DNA of 64,000 nucleotides from Chiloscyllium plagiosum (GCF_004010195.1 NC_057719.1:93139946-93203945), one strand, 5' to 3'; counted from the first letter of the stretch, positions 25,555-39,403 are shown. Program-made: numbers and translations. The notes: generated by a model not told the origin, from the letters alone.

Positions 25555-25700
25555 TGATGTTGGACTGGAGTGGACAACATCGAAAATCATATGACACCGT
25601 ATTATAGACCAACAGGTTTATTTGAAAACACCATCTTTCGGATCCCCCGCTACTATCTCAGGCGGCTAGTGAGAGAATACATCAGACACAAAATTTATAC
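25555..25700 (-). mobile_element. Penelope pLTR fragment (similar piece at ~53420-53535)
   Basis: gttggactggagtggacaa...accaacaggtttatttgaaa is the reverse complement of the pLTR tail at 8700-8750. Confidence 0.6.
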
Positions 25701-26424
25701 TCAAAGGTCAAAGTGTGTTCCTAAGAATTGTGTAGCTGAAAGATTTTCTTTTGTGTTTTGTAATATATTCTGAATCCTTCAAATGAATTAGTACAGTTCC
25801 TCCCAGGCAGAGATACTTCTATATCCAGGAAGGAGTTTGACCTGTATACAATTATATGCTTTTGAGAATAATAATATACTTTTCCACTGCTTACTCAGTG
25901 TATAAACTTCTGTATTATGATAACGTATTATGGAATGAAAAAGAATGTGAATTACGAATACATTCTGAGGGACTGGTAGGAGAACACACCATTTAAGACG
26001 AAAATATTTGGACTCAGCAAAATATCATCCCCACTTCTTTGGAATTTTAAACTATAATGACCATCCACGTTGTATCTAAAATCACTGCTCAGTATTGACA
26101 GCAAGTATGAATAAATGACATCAACAGCATTCTACTTTAAACTATTGGGCAATTTGAATAATAGTAACTTGACTTTACAGAACTTAGATATCATTGACTT
26201 TGGGATTTTGATTGTGGTGCACATCTCTATTATTGAAACTTCTGGCACATCAGCTATTTTTGATGCAATACGAGAGAATTGAAGGTTGGAAAATCGAGCA
26301 CTGTCACCAGTCATCAATGAACACCAAAAAACATTTTCAATTATTTGGAAGATAAACAATAATCTTTTATGTTTCAACATTGCTGACAAACAGCAATTGA
26401 ATTTGCTTGGGTTCATCCATTGAT

Positions 26425-26720
26425 GTTTGGCTCAGTGCTTAGCACTGCTGCCTCAGCTCCAGGAATATGGTCTCGATTCCAGCCTTGGGTCTCTGTCCGT
26501 GTGAAGTGAGCACATTCTGCTTGTCTTTTTGTGTGTTTCCTCCCACAGCACACAAATGCTCATATTCGGTTGGCTGGCTCTGCTGAATCGACCATAGCTT
26601 GCAGGCTCGGTGGGTTAACCATAGGGAATACAGAAGTGGTTCACGGTAGGATGGTCTTTGGAGAGTGAGTCTTAACTCGATGGGAAGAAGCGTCTGTTTC
26701 CACATTGTGACAATTCTATG
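26425..26720 (+). mobile_element. Degenerate V-SINE
   Basis: ggctcagtgcttagcactgctgcctca head, tttcctcccacag core, ctgtttccacattgt tail. Confidence 0.7.
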
Positions 26721-27509
26721 AAACCATTCAGTTGTGAAACCATTAGTGGGATGATGAATATTTCAACTGAAATGCATGACTAGGTCTTCAATCTCTTCAG
26801 CACACTGCTCCTGCATTCAATATGTTTACTTTTCCACTGGTTTGTAATCATCTGGAGATAAACTCATTGACATGCTACAAGTGCATCTTCCGGAAATAAT
26901 AGATATATGTATTGTTGCCAGGAATATAACACTTGTTTTTGACTCGAATTGTCTTTTTACATGAACGTTCAACATTATACTAATTTGACATGAAATGATA
27001 GTGTGGGGTGTGTGCTTGTCTACGTGTGTAAGAGAGAATATACATTTGCAAAGTGCAAGTCATTTTGAAAAAGAAAAGCCAGTCGTTTATGCTAACTGGT
27101 TATGGGCCAGATAATGAATAATTCAATGGAAGTGTTTAACTTGTAAATTCTTAAACACAACATGCTTGCCTTCAATATGCTTATTTTGTGTATTCGTTTA
27201 AACTGTCTGGACTGAAACCAATTGACATGCACTAACCAAAAAGCTACTACAAGAAATAATACACTTTGCAGTTATTTTTGACGCACAATATACTTTAATT
27301 AATATTTAGCTTTGTAATAAAATTATCCTGAAATGTTATAATGTGGGATGTGTGTGTGTGTGTGCAAAATATACGCTATGTTTGGTAATAGCCAACGGTT
27401 TTGGGGCAAAAAGGTCTTTGCAAGATGCACAGGGTACCAATTCACCTAAGAAATTAGTACTGCAATACATCTTTTGTTCGCTTCTTTGATTTGTTTATGT
27501 TCAGTTACT

Positions 27510-27870
27510 CAGAATTATGAGGGGCATGGATAGGATAAAAGTCTTTTCCCGGGGTCGAGGAGCACAGAACTAGAGGGCATAGGTTTAGGATGAGAGGGCA
27601 AGATACAAAAGAGACATAAGGGGCAAGGTTTTCACACAGAGTGTGATCCGTGTATGGAATGAACTGCCAGAGGAAGTTGTGGAGGCTGGTGTTATTGCAA
27701 CTATTAAAAGCCATTTGGATGTGGATTTGAATAGGAAGCGTTTGGGGGGATATCAGCCCGTTTCTGGCAGGTGGGACTAGTTTGGGTTAGGATATCCAGT
27801 CAGCATGGATGTGTTGGACCTAAGGGTCGATTTCCATGCTGCACTTCTCTATGACTGTATGACTCTAACT
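27510..27870 (+). mobile_element. CR1 3' end
   Basis: agaactagagggcataggttta...gtatggaatgaactgccagagg...ctatgactgtatgactcta tail. Confidence 0.85.
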
Positions 27871-28896
27871 GCGATTGTCTCACGTGAGTCCAGCCTGACA
27901 AGAGTGAAAAGGTAAGCAGCAATTCCATCTGTGTGAAAGTACAGTTCATACTGGTCAAGAGACTAACCTGACACTCACTTATGTCCTATTCATCTGAATG
28001 CAATGACATCTCAGGCATAGAACAGTGTGATAATTTGTATTCACTTTTCAAATGGGTCTGAAACAAAGCTCCTTGAAGGTAACAAAATACCAAGAATACT
28101 TAAAACTACTTAAATCTCTTTGAAGTTCTGAATCGCACTATGTAAACATTATACAAAGAGAAACAAGTAAAACCCTTTAACATTTCCAACACACATGTCT
28201 TTTACACAGAATATTCCAGTCTCCAAACCATTGTGAGTTAATCTGCCTATGAGCTTTGGCGAAGAGCGGCGTTAGAGAGCTCATCATCATTTTTTTATTT
28301 TTGAAAACCGTATGTATTTTCTTTTTCTCTTCCACCTATAAATCGCTTAACGACCGACATAGATGTATTAAATAAGAAATTACATGTAGGTACTCATTAC
28401 TAAATTATTTCACCCTCTAGGCTCTGTCAATAGCTGAGAGAGGCGTAGGTAAAACAGGAAATGACATGAGATATGTGTAAAACTTTCATTTCTAAAGTAA
28501 TGTTTAGTCAATATTTTCAATGTTCTTGCATTTGTTTTCAATAAAGCTTGCAAATTATAATCTTCTGTTTCATTCTTTTGAAGTATTTCTGGGCTTTGGG
28601 GGTGTGAGTACAGAGTATTCTGTATCTAATTAGTGTTGCGTCACTATTTATAATCTCCTATTAGCAATGTATATGATGAAAAAGTACCTCGAGGAACGGT
28701 GCTTCTGGGGAAATGAACAGTCTGAATTCTAGAAAGCAAGGCTGGAGCCTGGGTCCCACCAGAAAAATCTCTTTCTGGCGTCAGGTGATGAAGAAATTGT
28801 TTGAACAAGTAATGGCTCTTCCCGGGTTGAAAGTAAGTTCTCAACATATGGGAAAGATGACACCACGAAATATGGGTTTTAATATCCAACTACAGT

Positions 28897-29055
28897 GAGA
28901 AATTGAGAACTGCAGATGCTGCGGATCAGAGTCGTGATTTTGGTGCTGGAAAAGCAAAGCAGGTCAGTCAGCATCCGAGGAGATTATGCCCGAAACGTTG
29001 ATTCCCCTGCCCCTGGGATGCTGCCTGATGTGCACAACACTCTCGATTCAATTTT
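28897..29055. mobile_element. Inverted pair of Penelope pLTR ends
   Basis: Reverse pLTR (gaactgcagatgctg...gctggaaaagca..gcaggtca..cagcatccgaggag) joined to forward ttatgcccgaaacgttgattcccctg...gatgctgcctga. Confidence 0.75.
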
Positions 29056-29249
29056 CTATCTACACACTTGGCCCATTGGCCTCATACAATTTCTGAAATA
29101 TAATCTTTAGTATAATGACCACGTTGCTCTTGATGCACTTTCAACAAATTCATGTGCAAGACTCTTAACTGATATCATTTGCAGGGATTGTCTCTTGAAA
29201 ACTGTGGGCCCAACTAGCACTGCCACAAGCATTTGTTATTCAGATATAA

Positions 29250-30350
29250 GAGATAGCTCCAAAAATAGTGGAGGCATTTGTAATGAACTATCTAATCCGT
29301 GGATTCTGGAGATGTATGTGAAAAACTGCCAATGGGACACCCAAATTCAAAAAAAAAAGGGAAGCAAGCAAAAGCCCGGTACTTAATGGCCGTTTCGCTT
29401 AACACTTAATATAAAATTATTGGGATAAATTATTAAGGGAATAATCGCAGTGTAGTTGGAAAACCATAATCAAATTAAGCTGACTTGGCGTGACTGCATG
29501 AAAAAAAAGTCTAATTCTGTTGAGGAATGCTTAACTGGAGTAGTAAGAGGGGAGCCAGTATATGCGTTGTATTTGGACTACAACTAGTAATTCAACATCA
29601 CAAAAGGTAATTCCTAAGGTAAGAGCCGGATTTATTGAAGGTAATATGTTGACACGGAGAGTGAATTGGATAACAGCCAGGGACAAATGAGCCGTGATTA
29701 GATGTTCTTTTTGAAGTGGTGACTTGTGGCCAGTTGGCGTTTCACAGCAATTAGTGCTGGGACCGCAACTGTATACAACATGGCTGAAAGACTTGGAGGA
29801 AGGAGGTAAAAAGTGCTGGGGTCGAATTTGGAAAGTTGGATTGCAAGAAGGATACAATCGGCTCAAAGAATATTGACATGTGTGTAGACAAAAAGTAGCA
29901 AATAGAGTATATTGTGTGAAACTGCAACATTGTTAATTTTGGAAGGTAGAATGACAAAAACAACGTATTAACTAAATGGAGAAAAACGACTGTAATCCGT
30001 AACAAGGGAATTCCTTCCTTTTGTATCAAATACAGGAAGCTCACATACATATGCTGAAGGTAAACAGGAAGGCTTACTTAAGTGGGCTGGAGTGTAAGAA
30101 TCAATGGTTTTTACTGCTGCCGTGCAAAGTAGTTGTCAGTCGACACCTGGAGTATGCCACCAGTTTTTGTCACCTTAGTTTAAATATGTCATTTCACTCA
30201 ATGATTTTCAAAGAATGTTCGCCAGGTGATCTCCTGAATTATTCAGAGATTTGCGAGTGTTCTTGCTGAGAGAATGCTTCCTTCATGGGACAGTCAAGGA
30301 CCAAATGACATAGTCTCCAAATAAAGGGTGCCAATTTGGAATTGTATCTC
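29250..30350 (+). mobile_element. Highly decayed CR1 ORF2
   Basis: Remnants of SGVPQGSVLGPQL and RPHLEY (cgacacctggagtatg) motifs. Confidence 0.55.
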
Positions 30351-31039
30351 AGAATTAGCGTTATTGTCACATATACTCAAATACCAAATATTGTGCCAAC
30401 ATAGGTACAAAAGTACCGAGAATCAGATGCTTAATTATAAATCCTTAGTGGAGAAGCAAAACAGAAAAATAAAGAAATAAATACGCAGCATTGTAGATCA
30501 TAGAAATACTTTGAGCACAGGAAATAAAAAATTACAAATACTAATCCTTTTACCCCAGTTCAAACTGGCACGTTGCATCTCATCTGAGCCATGCGTCCTG
30601 CCTTGCTTTACCTGGAAGGTCTGGAGGCTGGATGATCGATCTGAAAACATCGCTCAGCTGGAAGTCATGCTGATTGGCCCTGGCTGAAAGACTTCTCCGT
30701 TCTCCTCCCACAGTTCAAAGATATGCATGTTAGGTGAATTGGCAATGCTTAATTACCCATAGTGTTCAGGAATGTGCAGGATAGGCGCATTATGAATTGA
30801 AAATGTAGAGTAATAGGAGTGAAATGGGTCTGGGTAGGATACAGTTCGGAGGCTCCATATGGACTTGTTGGGTCGAATGGGCTGTTTCCACGCTATAAGG
30901 ATGCTATCAGAAGACCAAAAAAAAAAGAAATGAAGAAGATAACACGTGAGAAAAGAAAAGAAACGGCCAGAGCAGACAGATCCTAAGGCTGAGTTGAGGA
31001 GAATTTTCTTTTTTTCTGATGTTTCAAAGTCTCTGCAAC

Positions 31040-31900
31040 TCAGAGCCAGAGACATGTACAGCACAGGAACATATTATTTCCTTCAATAGTCTATGCTTCC
31101 CAGATATCCTAAATTGATCTTCTCCAGTCTGACTGCATTTGACCCATATACCCCTCAAGATTCCTACTCATATCAACATCCTGGTGTCTTTTAAATGTTA
31201 TTGTATCCATTTACAACACTTCCTTTCGGAGCTCGTGCTACAAATTATCTTTGAAAGTTGCCACTCAGGTGGATAGAGCTTGTAAGAAGGCCTATGGTGT
31301 ATTAGCGTTCATTAGCAGACGGATGAATTCAAGAGTCGTGAAGTGATGTTGCAACTGTACAGGACTTTGGTAAGGCCACATTTGGAGTCCTGTGTGCAGT
31401 TCTGGTCGCCTCACTTTAGGAAAGATGTGGAAGCTTTGGAGAGGGTGCAGAGAAGATTTACCAGGATGTTGCTTGAATGGAGAATAGGTCGTATGAGGAT
31501 AGATTGAGAGTGCTTGGCCTTTTCTCGTTGGAACGGCGAAGGATGAGGGGTGACTTGATAGAGGTTGGCACAACATCGTGGGCCGAAGGGCCTGTTCTGT
31601 GCTGTATTGTTCTATGTTCTATGTTCTTAAATGCATCGCCCTCTGCGAGGTAAAGATTCCCTTATGTCACTTTTAAAACTGACCCTCTCACTTTAATCCT
31701 ATCTCCTCTACTTGTTCTCGTGCAATCCAGGGAAAGAAAATTTTCTATTTCCTTAATCCAAGCCTCGCATGAGTTTAGAAACCTATCCGCTGAGTCTCTG
31801 ACACTTCAAGGAAAATAGTACAAGACTGTCCAATCGCTCAAACCTTCCAACTCCAGCAACATTCTCGGAAATACTTTCTGAGCCTTCTCAAATTTCACAA
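31040..31900 (-). mobile_element. Old CR1 3' fragment hosting a younger CR1 insertion
   Basis: Reverse CR1 tail at 31050-31240 continues after 31630. Confidence 0.6.
31247..31628 (+). mobile_element. Young 5'-truncated, internally deleted CR1
   Basis: Closely matches the reverse complement of 1-300; jumps at gatagaggtt to the tail gggccgaagggcctgttctgtgctgtattgttctatgttctatgttct. Confidence 0.88.
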
Positions 31901-31904
31901 CTTT

Positions 31905-32225
31905 ACACAACCCCATCTATATCAATGGAACTCAGGTGAAGAGGCCGGAGAGTGTCAAGTTCCATGGAGAGACAATAACGGTCAATTGATCCTTGCCTTA
32001 CCGTATGGATGTGAAGGAAAAGAAGGTACAATATCGCCTCTTCTGCCTCCACAGCTCAGGATATTTGGTATGGACAGAAGAACCCACAGGGCTGTCTGTT
32101 GTTGCACGGATGCTGTCTGAGTCGACAATGGTCTGCAATGGGAACTGCTCTGCCCAGGACTGAAAGAAACTGCAGAAAGTGTTGTGCAGAGCCCAGATCA
32201 TAAGTCAAGGCAACCTACAACTTTC
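31905..32225 (+). mobile_element. Rex1/Babar-type LINE fragment
   Basis: PIYINGTQV..ESVKF.G...QYRLFCL....GNCSAQD*KKLQKVLCRAQII. Confidence 0.7.
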
Positions 32226-34924
32226 ATACCCCCACAGACTCCTTCAACATTACACTCACTCGCTCGGGCACAATCCCATCATTACGCCTACTCACCCGGA
32301 CAGTCCTCAGCATCATGTTCCCTCACTTACACGCAGCCAAACAGCCATGCTCATTATTCCGCACACTCCCACACCTTCATGCTCACTCCCTACACGCTCC
32401 CATACAGTCACACTCACTTCCCTGCAGATGCCCTCAGCATCATGCTCCCTCTGGCACACGAAATCACCATCATCCTCACTCCCCTGCATTATCCCCTGCC
32501 ATCACACTGACACTCACTCACCTGCATACTGCTCTGTAGCCATTGTCACTCCCACGCTCATACTGCCTCAGTCACGCTCACGCATCTGAACACTCCACTA
32601 CTGTCATACTCACAAGCCTGCACGATCCCCCGATGAAGCTGTCTTTCTCGCACAGTTCGCAAACACCATACTCACTCACACAAATGCTAGTTCGCAAACA
32701 CCATACTCACTCACACAAATGCTTCCATCCCACACTGCTCGGCAGATTCCTTCACAGTCTTGCTCACTCCTCTCCTATCGCCACAAAGTCAGGCTTCATC
32801 TCCCGCGCACTCATCTAATGTCAAACTCACTCCCCCGCAGAATGCCTCACTGTCATGCTTACTCCCCCAGAGACTCGCACACAATCTCGCAGGCTCCCAT
32901 GCACAGTTCCTCACCACCATGTTCACTTCTCTTCACACACCCATACTGTTATGGCCACAAATTCCCTCACTGTCTCACTCTCACTCTCACAAATTCCGCA
33001 ACCATCATGGTCACTTCCACAGATCCCTGTGACACAATCACTGCCCCAGACGTTCCAGAATGTCATGCTCATTCCTCTGCTCACGCTCACACCATCAGTC
33101 GCAGTCCCCCGCACATTCCTCCAATATCATGCTCATTGCACCGTGGACTACATAACACTAACCCACCTTCATGCTCATTCCACTGCACAGTTTCTCAGTG
33201 TCACGCTCACCTCTCCACATACAACCACAGCATCATGCTTACTTCCCTGCACTGTTCCTCACCATCACGTTCACTTCTCTGCACAACCCTCACGAACACA
33301 CTCACTCCACTGCACACTTCCCCATTGGCAAGCTCACTTTTCTGCACACACTCCCAAATTCATGCTATTTGCCCCCACACTCCCCCACCATTACTCTCAA
33401 TCTTCTGCTCACAATCCCACCGTGTTGCTCACTCCGCTGCACATTGCTAGTCTGTCACATTCGCTCCACTGCGCACCCGCCATTGAGACGCTCACTATCC
33501 ACACACTTCTCTGCAGTGATGCTCATTTCTCAACACACTGCCCCAATGTCATACTCACTCGCCCACACAATCTCCCGACTATCACACCCACATTTACTCC
33601 CATGCACACTGCCACGCGTCATAATGACTCCACCTCGGATATACTCACGTTCCCAACCACACATTTATTTAGCTCTCAATTCTCCACCATCACACTCAGT
33701 CACGCACACACTCACACAACATCACACTGACTCCCCTGCACGCTCCCCCACCATCACACTCAATCCTCAACACTATCCCACAGTCTCACTCACTTTGCTC
33801 CACACTCCCTCACTATCATTCCCACTCAAACGCACATTCTGCCACTCTCCCACATACATTCATCATAACTCACCATAACTCACTCAAACCGACCACGAAG
33901 TTGCCTTCGCTCCATGCACATAGCCGCGCAATCTCCATCACTTCCCACAAGAATCTCCACCATCATGCACATTCCCCAGCACACAGCCCCACCGTCAAGC
34001 ACACCCCACACTCACCTCCATCAGTACTCTCATTCCCAAACGTCCCCCACCGTCAAGCTCACACACCTTCTCAATCTCCGACCACTAAGCTCATACATGC
34101 ACAAACAGCCCCAACCTCATGCTTACTTTTCTGCACACAAACCCGCTATCATGCTTTTTCCCCGCACATGCCACCATTAGCACACTCACTCCGTCATTCA
34201 GTCCACTCCTGTCACGCTCACTAGCCCAAACAATCCACACGATATTGATCACTCCCCTTCACAATCCTCAACAGTCATACCCACTTTGCTTCACAATCCC
34301 CTGCCATCACGCTCCACGACTATCATGCTCACTTCCCCCACACACACCTAATCACACTCAATCCCTCAGACATTGACCCATTGTCATGCTCACTGCTCAC
34401 AAAGTCTCCACCATCAAGCTTACGTACACCACCAATGTCAGGTTTACTACCCGCACACTCCCAAATATTATGCTACCTACACTATGTTCTCTCCCATCAT
34501 CACGCTCATTGCCCTGCACACAGCCCCACGTCATGCTTACTTCCACTCTCCCACTGTCACACTCGTTACTTCACATACTGCCCCACCATCACGCTCACTG
34601 TCCCACATAGTTCCCCAGCATTACACTCATGTCCGCGTACTCCCACATTGACAGACTTATTACCCTCACCGTCACGATCACGTTAACTCCAACACCGTAA
34701 CATTTACTTCCCACACGATCTTGCTCACTCTGGCACGCACTTCACCATCATCATGTTCACTCCACCACCGCCATGCTGCAGTCATATACATTCATGCTGA
34801 CTCCACGGCACACTCCCCTACCATCATCCACAATCCCCCACTGTAATTCTCACCCCTGCACACACACTCTCTTGTACGTACCCTCACCATTAGGCTCACT
34901 TTCCCGCATACCCCTCAATGCGCC

Positions 34925-35225
34925 AAGTCCCTGAATTCAATTCCTGCCTGAGTGACTGTCAGTGTGGAGCTTGAACATACTGCACTTGTCTGCGTTGTTT
35001 TCCTCCAAGTTCTCCAGTTTCCCCCAGCAGTACGAAGATGAGCAGTTTAGCGACATTTAGTCATACTAAATTCCCCTTGGAGTTAAGTGATGTGTAGGTC
35101 AGGTGCATTAGTTTGGCTTAAATGTGCAGTTATAGGTTCAGGGAATGGGTTTGCTTGGGTTATCCTTCGTAGGGTGGACTTATTGGGCCGAAAGGCCTGT
35201 TTCTACAGTAAATTGATTATAAAGC
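34925..35225 (+). mobile_element. Degenerate V-SINE inside the minisatellite
   Basis: ttcaattcctgcct..gtgtggag..gtctgcgt..tttcctcc core; gggccgaaaggcctgtttc tail. Confidence 0.75.
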
Positions 35226-36465
35226 ATGGATTCTAAATTCTCTCACCATCAGATTCACTGCCCCCCACACACTAACAGCATCACACACACACTTCTCCAG
35301 AGATCCTTGTACCACCATACTCACTCACCCGTGCACACCCCCATCGTTACACTTACTCTCGTGCATCATCCCTCACCTTTACGCTCAATGCCCCGCACAC
35401 ATCGCCACCATCATTCTCACTCCCACACACGCTCTCCCACCATCACGCTCACACTCCCATACACGCCTCCACCATCGCACACAATCGCCTGCACACTCCC
35501 CCGCTAACATACTCACTCCGTGCATGCACCTTAACCATTGCAATCCCTCCCGTGCACACAGTCCGCATAATGCTTCCTCCTCTGCACGAACAACACTATC
35601 ATACTCACTCTCCTGCACAATCCCTCACTGACACGCTCAATTCCCTGCACAATCCCACGACGTCACAATCATTCCGAGCAAACTCAACAACCATCAATCC
35701 CCCTCCAGCGTACATTCACTCAAAGTCACACTCACTGCACTTCACACAACCACTCCATAATGATCACTCCACTGTATATTCCCACACATTGAAACTGACT
35801 CTGCAGCACACAACTGCAATATGATGGTCCCTCACCAGTCACGTCACGGTCTCTGCCTCGCAACCACCCTCACCATCACACTCACTCCTCCTCTCACTCA
35901 CCCAATGTCACTTATTCCCCCAATCACTCCTGTGCACATACTAACACCATCACACACCCTTGCCCTAATACTCACCCACGATCACGTTCGTTCACCTCTA
36001 CATTCCCTCACTGTCTTGGCCACTCCCCCACAATTGTCACATTTACTCCCCTGCACATTCCCGCACTATCACGATCATTGTTCCACACACATCCCCAGCG
36101 TCATTCTCACCCCCACGTATACTACCACCACCATAAAATTCAATCAACTGCACAGTCGCCCGCCATCACACTCACTCCTCCACACGCATCCTCAACATCA
36201 CAATCACTCCCCCGCATGCACCATCACCATGATACGCACTCCCCCGCACTCTGCACTGCCATTATGCTCACTCCCCAGCACGAACACCACCATTGCACTC
36301 ACTCCACTGCACACTCTCCTCACATCACGAACACTCTGCTCCAAACTTGCCCACCATCACACTCATTCCCCCACGCTCACCCAAAGTCGCATTTACTACC
36401 TTGTGCACATACCTCCCATCACACTCACTCCCTTGCAAACTGCCCTACACATTCCCCCACCATCA

Positions 36466-36745
36466 CGGGGTCGACCATTTAGGACAGAGATGAAGGCAAA
36501 CGTCTTCACACAGAGAGTGGTGAAATGATTTGCCCCAGAGGGCAGTGGAGGCCCAGTCTCTGGATTCATTTATGAAAGTGTTGGATAGAGCTCTCAAGGA
36601 TAGTGGAATCAAGGGTTATGGAGATAAGGCAGGAACAGGATACTGATTCAGGATGATCAGCCATGATCATATTGAATGGTGGTGCAGGTTCGAAGGGTAG
36701 AATGGCCTACTCCTGAACCTATTGTCTATTGTCTACTGTCTATTG
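36466..36745 (+). mobile_element. CR1 3' end inside the minisatellite
   Basis: RGRPFRTEMKANVFTQRVV; tail gaatggcctactcctg...ctattgtctattgtct. Confidence 0.85.
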
Positions 36746-36987
36746 TCATCAAACTCACTCTGCTGTACACTGTCCCAATATCACAGTCATCCCCCGCACA
36801 CACCCTCGCTGTCCTACTCACTACTCTGCACACATCAATACCATCACACTCACTTCTCCATAGTCACGCTCACTCCTCCGCCCACTCCACAACTGTTTTG
36901 CTCACTCATCCCAAACACACACCATCACACTCACACCCTTGCACACCCCGCCAGCATTATGCCCACCCTTGTACACTCCCCCATTAT

Positions 36988-37206
36988 TAGAAATGTCCCT
37001 TGACACACTCGTACGCTGAACACTGGTGTGCAGACACCTCTCCGTTAAATATCACACCGCCCCCTTCCATCATGCTCGTACGCTGAACACTGGTGTGCAG
37101 ACACCTCTCCGTTAAATATCCTAGAAATGTCCCTTGACACACTCGTACGCTGAACACTGGTGTGCAGACACCTCTCCGTTAAATATCCTAGAAATGTCCC
37201 TTGACA
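36988..37206. repeat. Three identical 46-bp copies at an exact 67-bp period
   Basis: ctcgtacgctgaacactggtgtgcagacacctctccgttaaatatc at 37008, 37075 and 37142; tagaaatgtcccttgaca also occurs three times. Confidence 0.95.
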
Positions 37207-38079
37207 TCCCCTCCAATCTTTTAAATGAGTCACAGACAGTGGTCCCACCCAATGTGTTCCATCTGTAATCGTCTGTTGTCCCACGCAAACGTTTTGCGTC
37301 CAGCCATAGTTGATGTGGCCTCCCACACATTTACCCCTTTTTGACAGTCAGTGGTCCCCCTCTCTCACTGCGTGTCTCAGCAACGGAACTTGGTGTAAAC
37401 CTCTTATTGATACCAGAGCAACTGCCTTAACATACACTCTCCTCTGTTCCCCACCCACCTGTAGGTGACTTAAGGTTCGAGGAAGAGAGGTTTGGGGAGA
37501 TACAGACTGGAAAGTAGAGAGTGATTGAAAGAGAGAGAGTGAAGAAAATCAGGAAGGGATGGGCAGTGATATAGTGTGTGGAAATCGGAGAAGAGAAGAC
37601 AGAGGAAGAGTGTAAAAATAGGAGTTAGATTTGTAAAGAGCGTTACAAAGGGAGAGAGATGGATTTTGCTGTAGACCAAGTCAGAGTGTGGACCCAGACA
37701 TTAAAGTAAGCGCAGAGAGATTTAAACCCAACTGCAGAGCTCATTCCTGCTCCCCTCCATTTCCCTAACTACGAGAACTTGAGACTGAGTCTGTCTCGCA
37801 CCAGATCAGCTTCTGAAATGAAAGTCAAACAACAATATCATTCAATGTGCTGCTCGACACATTTTAATGATATTTTTTGGTTTACAAGTTGAAGTAATAA
37901 ATGCAGTCAGTGGGATGGTGTCATTTCTCAATGGCCCTTGAAAGAAACATTGTAATGTGTCATTTAACACCGTGTGGTATAAGGTTGGACAAGCCAACAC
38001 CAATCTCAGTCTGTTACCACAGCGACAGGGTTCATTGCTGAAATATGGAGCTAAAATGAGAAAATCCCGGATGGATTGA

Positions 38080-38987
38080 TTAAAGAGTGAATCTGATTGA
38101 TTGATAAATTTGAGTAAAGGGATATTCCAGCACATTCTTCAGCTGCTGTCTGAACTTAGTCTGGGTCACAGCATAAATCGCGGTGTTTGTGCAGCAACTG
38201 AGGAGCTGCAGCATGAAGCCTAACTCCTGCACAAAGGGATGGAGATAGACAGACATATACCCAAATTCAGACATTGCGACCCATATAGAATACAGCATAA
38301 ACGTTGACCATAACAGGATGAAGTTGACAGAGATTACACTCAGTAAAATGATGGATTTTCTTCGATTTTGCATTTCTGTATCACACTGAGCAGCTCCACA
38401 TTTGTGAGCCCGGAGTCTCCTGCGGGCTATGCTCGTTGCTAAAATGTGTCGGACTGTGAAAGCATTAAGAAGCAGAATCAGGAGAAATGGGAGTGCCGGG
38501 CTTACAATGTAGTGGAGGAACTGGGTTGTGACCCAGACTTCAGAGAATATAATTTCGGGTGGTTCAAGGCAAAACCAGGGGATGTTCCACAGCCAATACC
38601 GAGCTGTGAGCATAAAATACCAGGAAATGTCCTTTAAACAGCTCAGCACAGTCACTGCTCCCAGAACCACCGCTGTCGTTTTCTCGCTGCAATATTTCGT
38701 TTTCAGCTTCTGGCAACAAATGGCCACAAATCGATCAAAGGTGAAAGCGACGGTGAACCAGACAGAACAGTCAGTGGCTGTATAAAGCAGAACAGCGTGA
38801 ATATTACATAGACGGATGGACACCATGAAATAAAACTGTTCCCGATAAACAATTGGAATATGTCTCAATATCACATCTAGGATAATGACGAGTAGATCCG
38901 CCACTGCCATGGCCCCCAGGTAACGTCTGATACATGGCGACAATCCACAATCTTTATAAAGGAGGACGTAGATCGTCACTGCGTTAA
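38080..38987 (-). CDS. Class A GPCR, GPR139/GPR142-like family (chondrichthyan expansion), main coding exon
   Basis: About 300 open codons: (V)NAVTIYVL..CGLS....YL.AMAVADLLVII, SVWFTVAFTFDRFVAICCQKLKTKYC, LPFLLILLLNAFTVRHIL, LQLLSCCTNTAIYAVTQTKFRQQL. Phase-1 acceptor tttttcttcctcacag at 38988. The ORF-track GTG start is not the real start. Confidence 0.9.
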
Positions 38988-39403
38988 CTGTGAGGAAGAA
39001 AAACGAACAGGTTATACATCAGTCCGGAGCTAAAGTTGTTAGTTTGATTCAGGATGCAGTGAGAATTTCGAATCTGTCACTGTATTCAGGTTTTTAATGA
39101 AATACTTGCAAGTGAAATAACAAATGGGATGGTCTACGTTAGTGACAACATGTGATGAGAGCCACAAGAAATGCTCCCTTCCCAATCACACAGCACACAA
39201 CTCTAGGAACAGATGGCTTCTAGAACATTCCCACACACTCGATCAGTTGATAGCAGACAAGGTCACTTCTTTCCAGAGGATTAAACGATGCTGTCATGAA
39301 GGGTTGTTTCCCAATTACTTGAAGGAAAATGGAGGGTAGGAAGTTCTGTTGCATATAGAATGTAAATGTGAATATCGAATATAGTTTGTTGCACAGAATG
39401 TTG

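Larger units (their letters stand above)
32230..36985. repeat. About 4.7 kb degenerate C/A-rich minisatellite (unit ~30 bp, approx. cactcactcccctgcacactccccaccatca)
   Basis: Recurrent catca(c/t)(g/a)ctcactcc..ctgcaca motifs and very low G on the plus strand. Produces many spurious H/T/P/S/L-rich ORFs. Confidence 0.85.

Noticed and set aside
25750..26420. AT-rich unique segment with a 94-aa ORF and an IIDFG string
   Set aside because: No other kinase or LRR motifs; likely chance.
1..31628. Similar inverted sequences at 1-300 and 31247-31565 as ends of a large inversion
   Set aside because: Both are CR1 copies of one young subfamily with different internal deletions, i.e. independent insertions.
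32179..37003. Long His/Thr/Pro/Ser-rich ORFs (up to 291 aa)
   Set aside because: Open in several frames because the G-poor minisatellite lacks stop codons; no domain structure.
36988..37206. CRISPR-like look (identical repeats, equal-length spacers)
   Set aside because: Vertebrate context, no cas genes, only three repeats, and one spacer sequence is itself repeated.
38446..38785. Antisense ORFs over the GPCR exon
   Set aside because: Shadow ORFs of the real minus-strand coding sequence.
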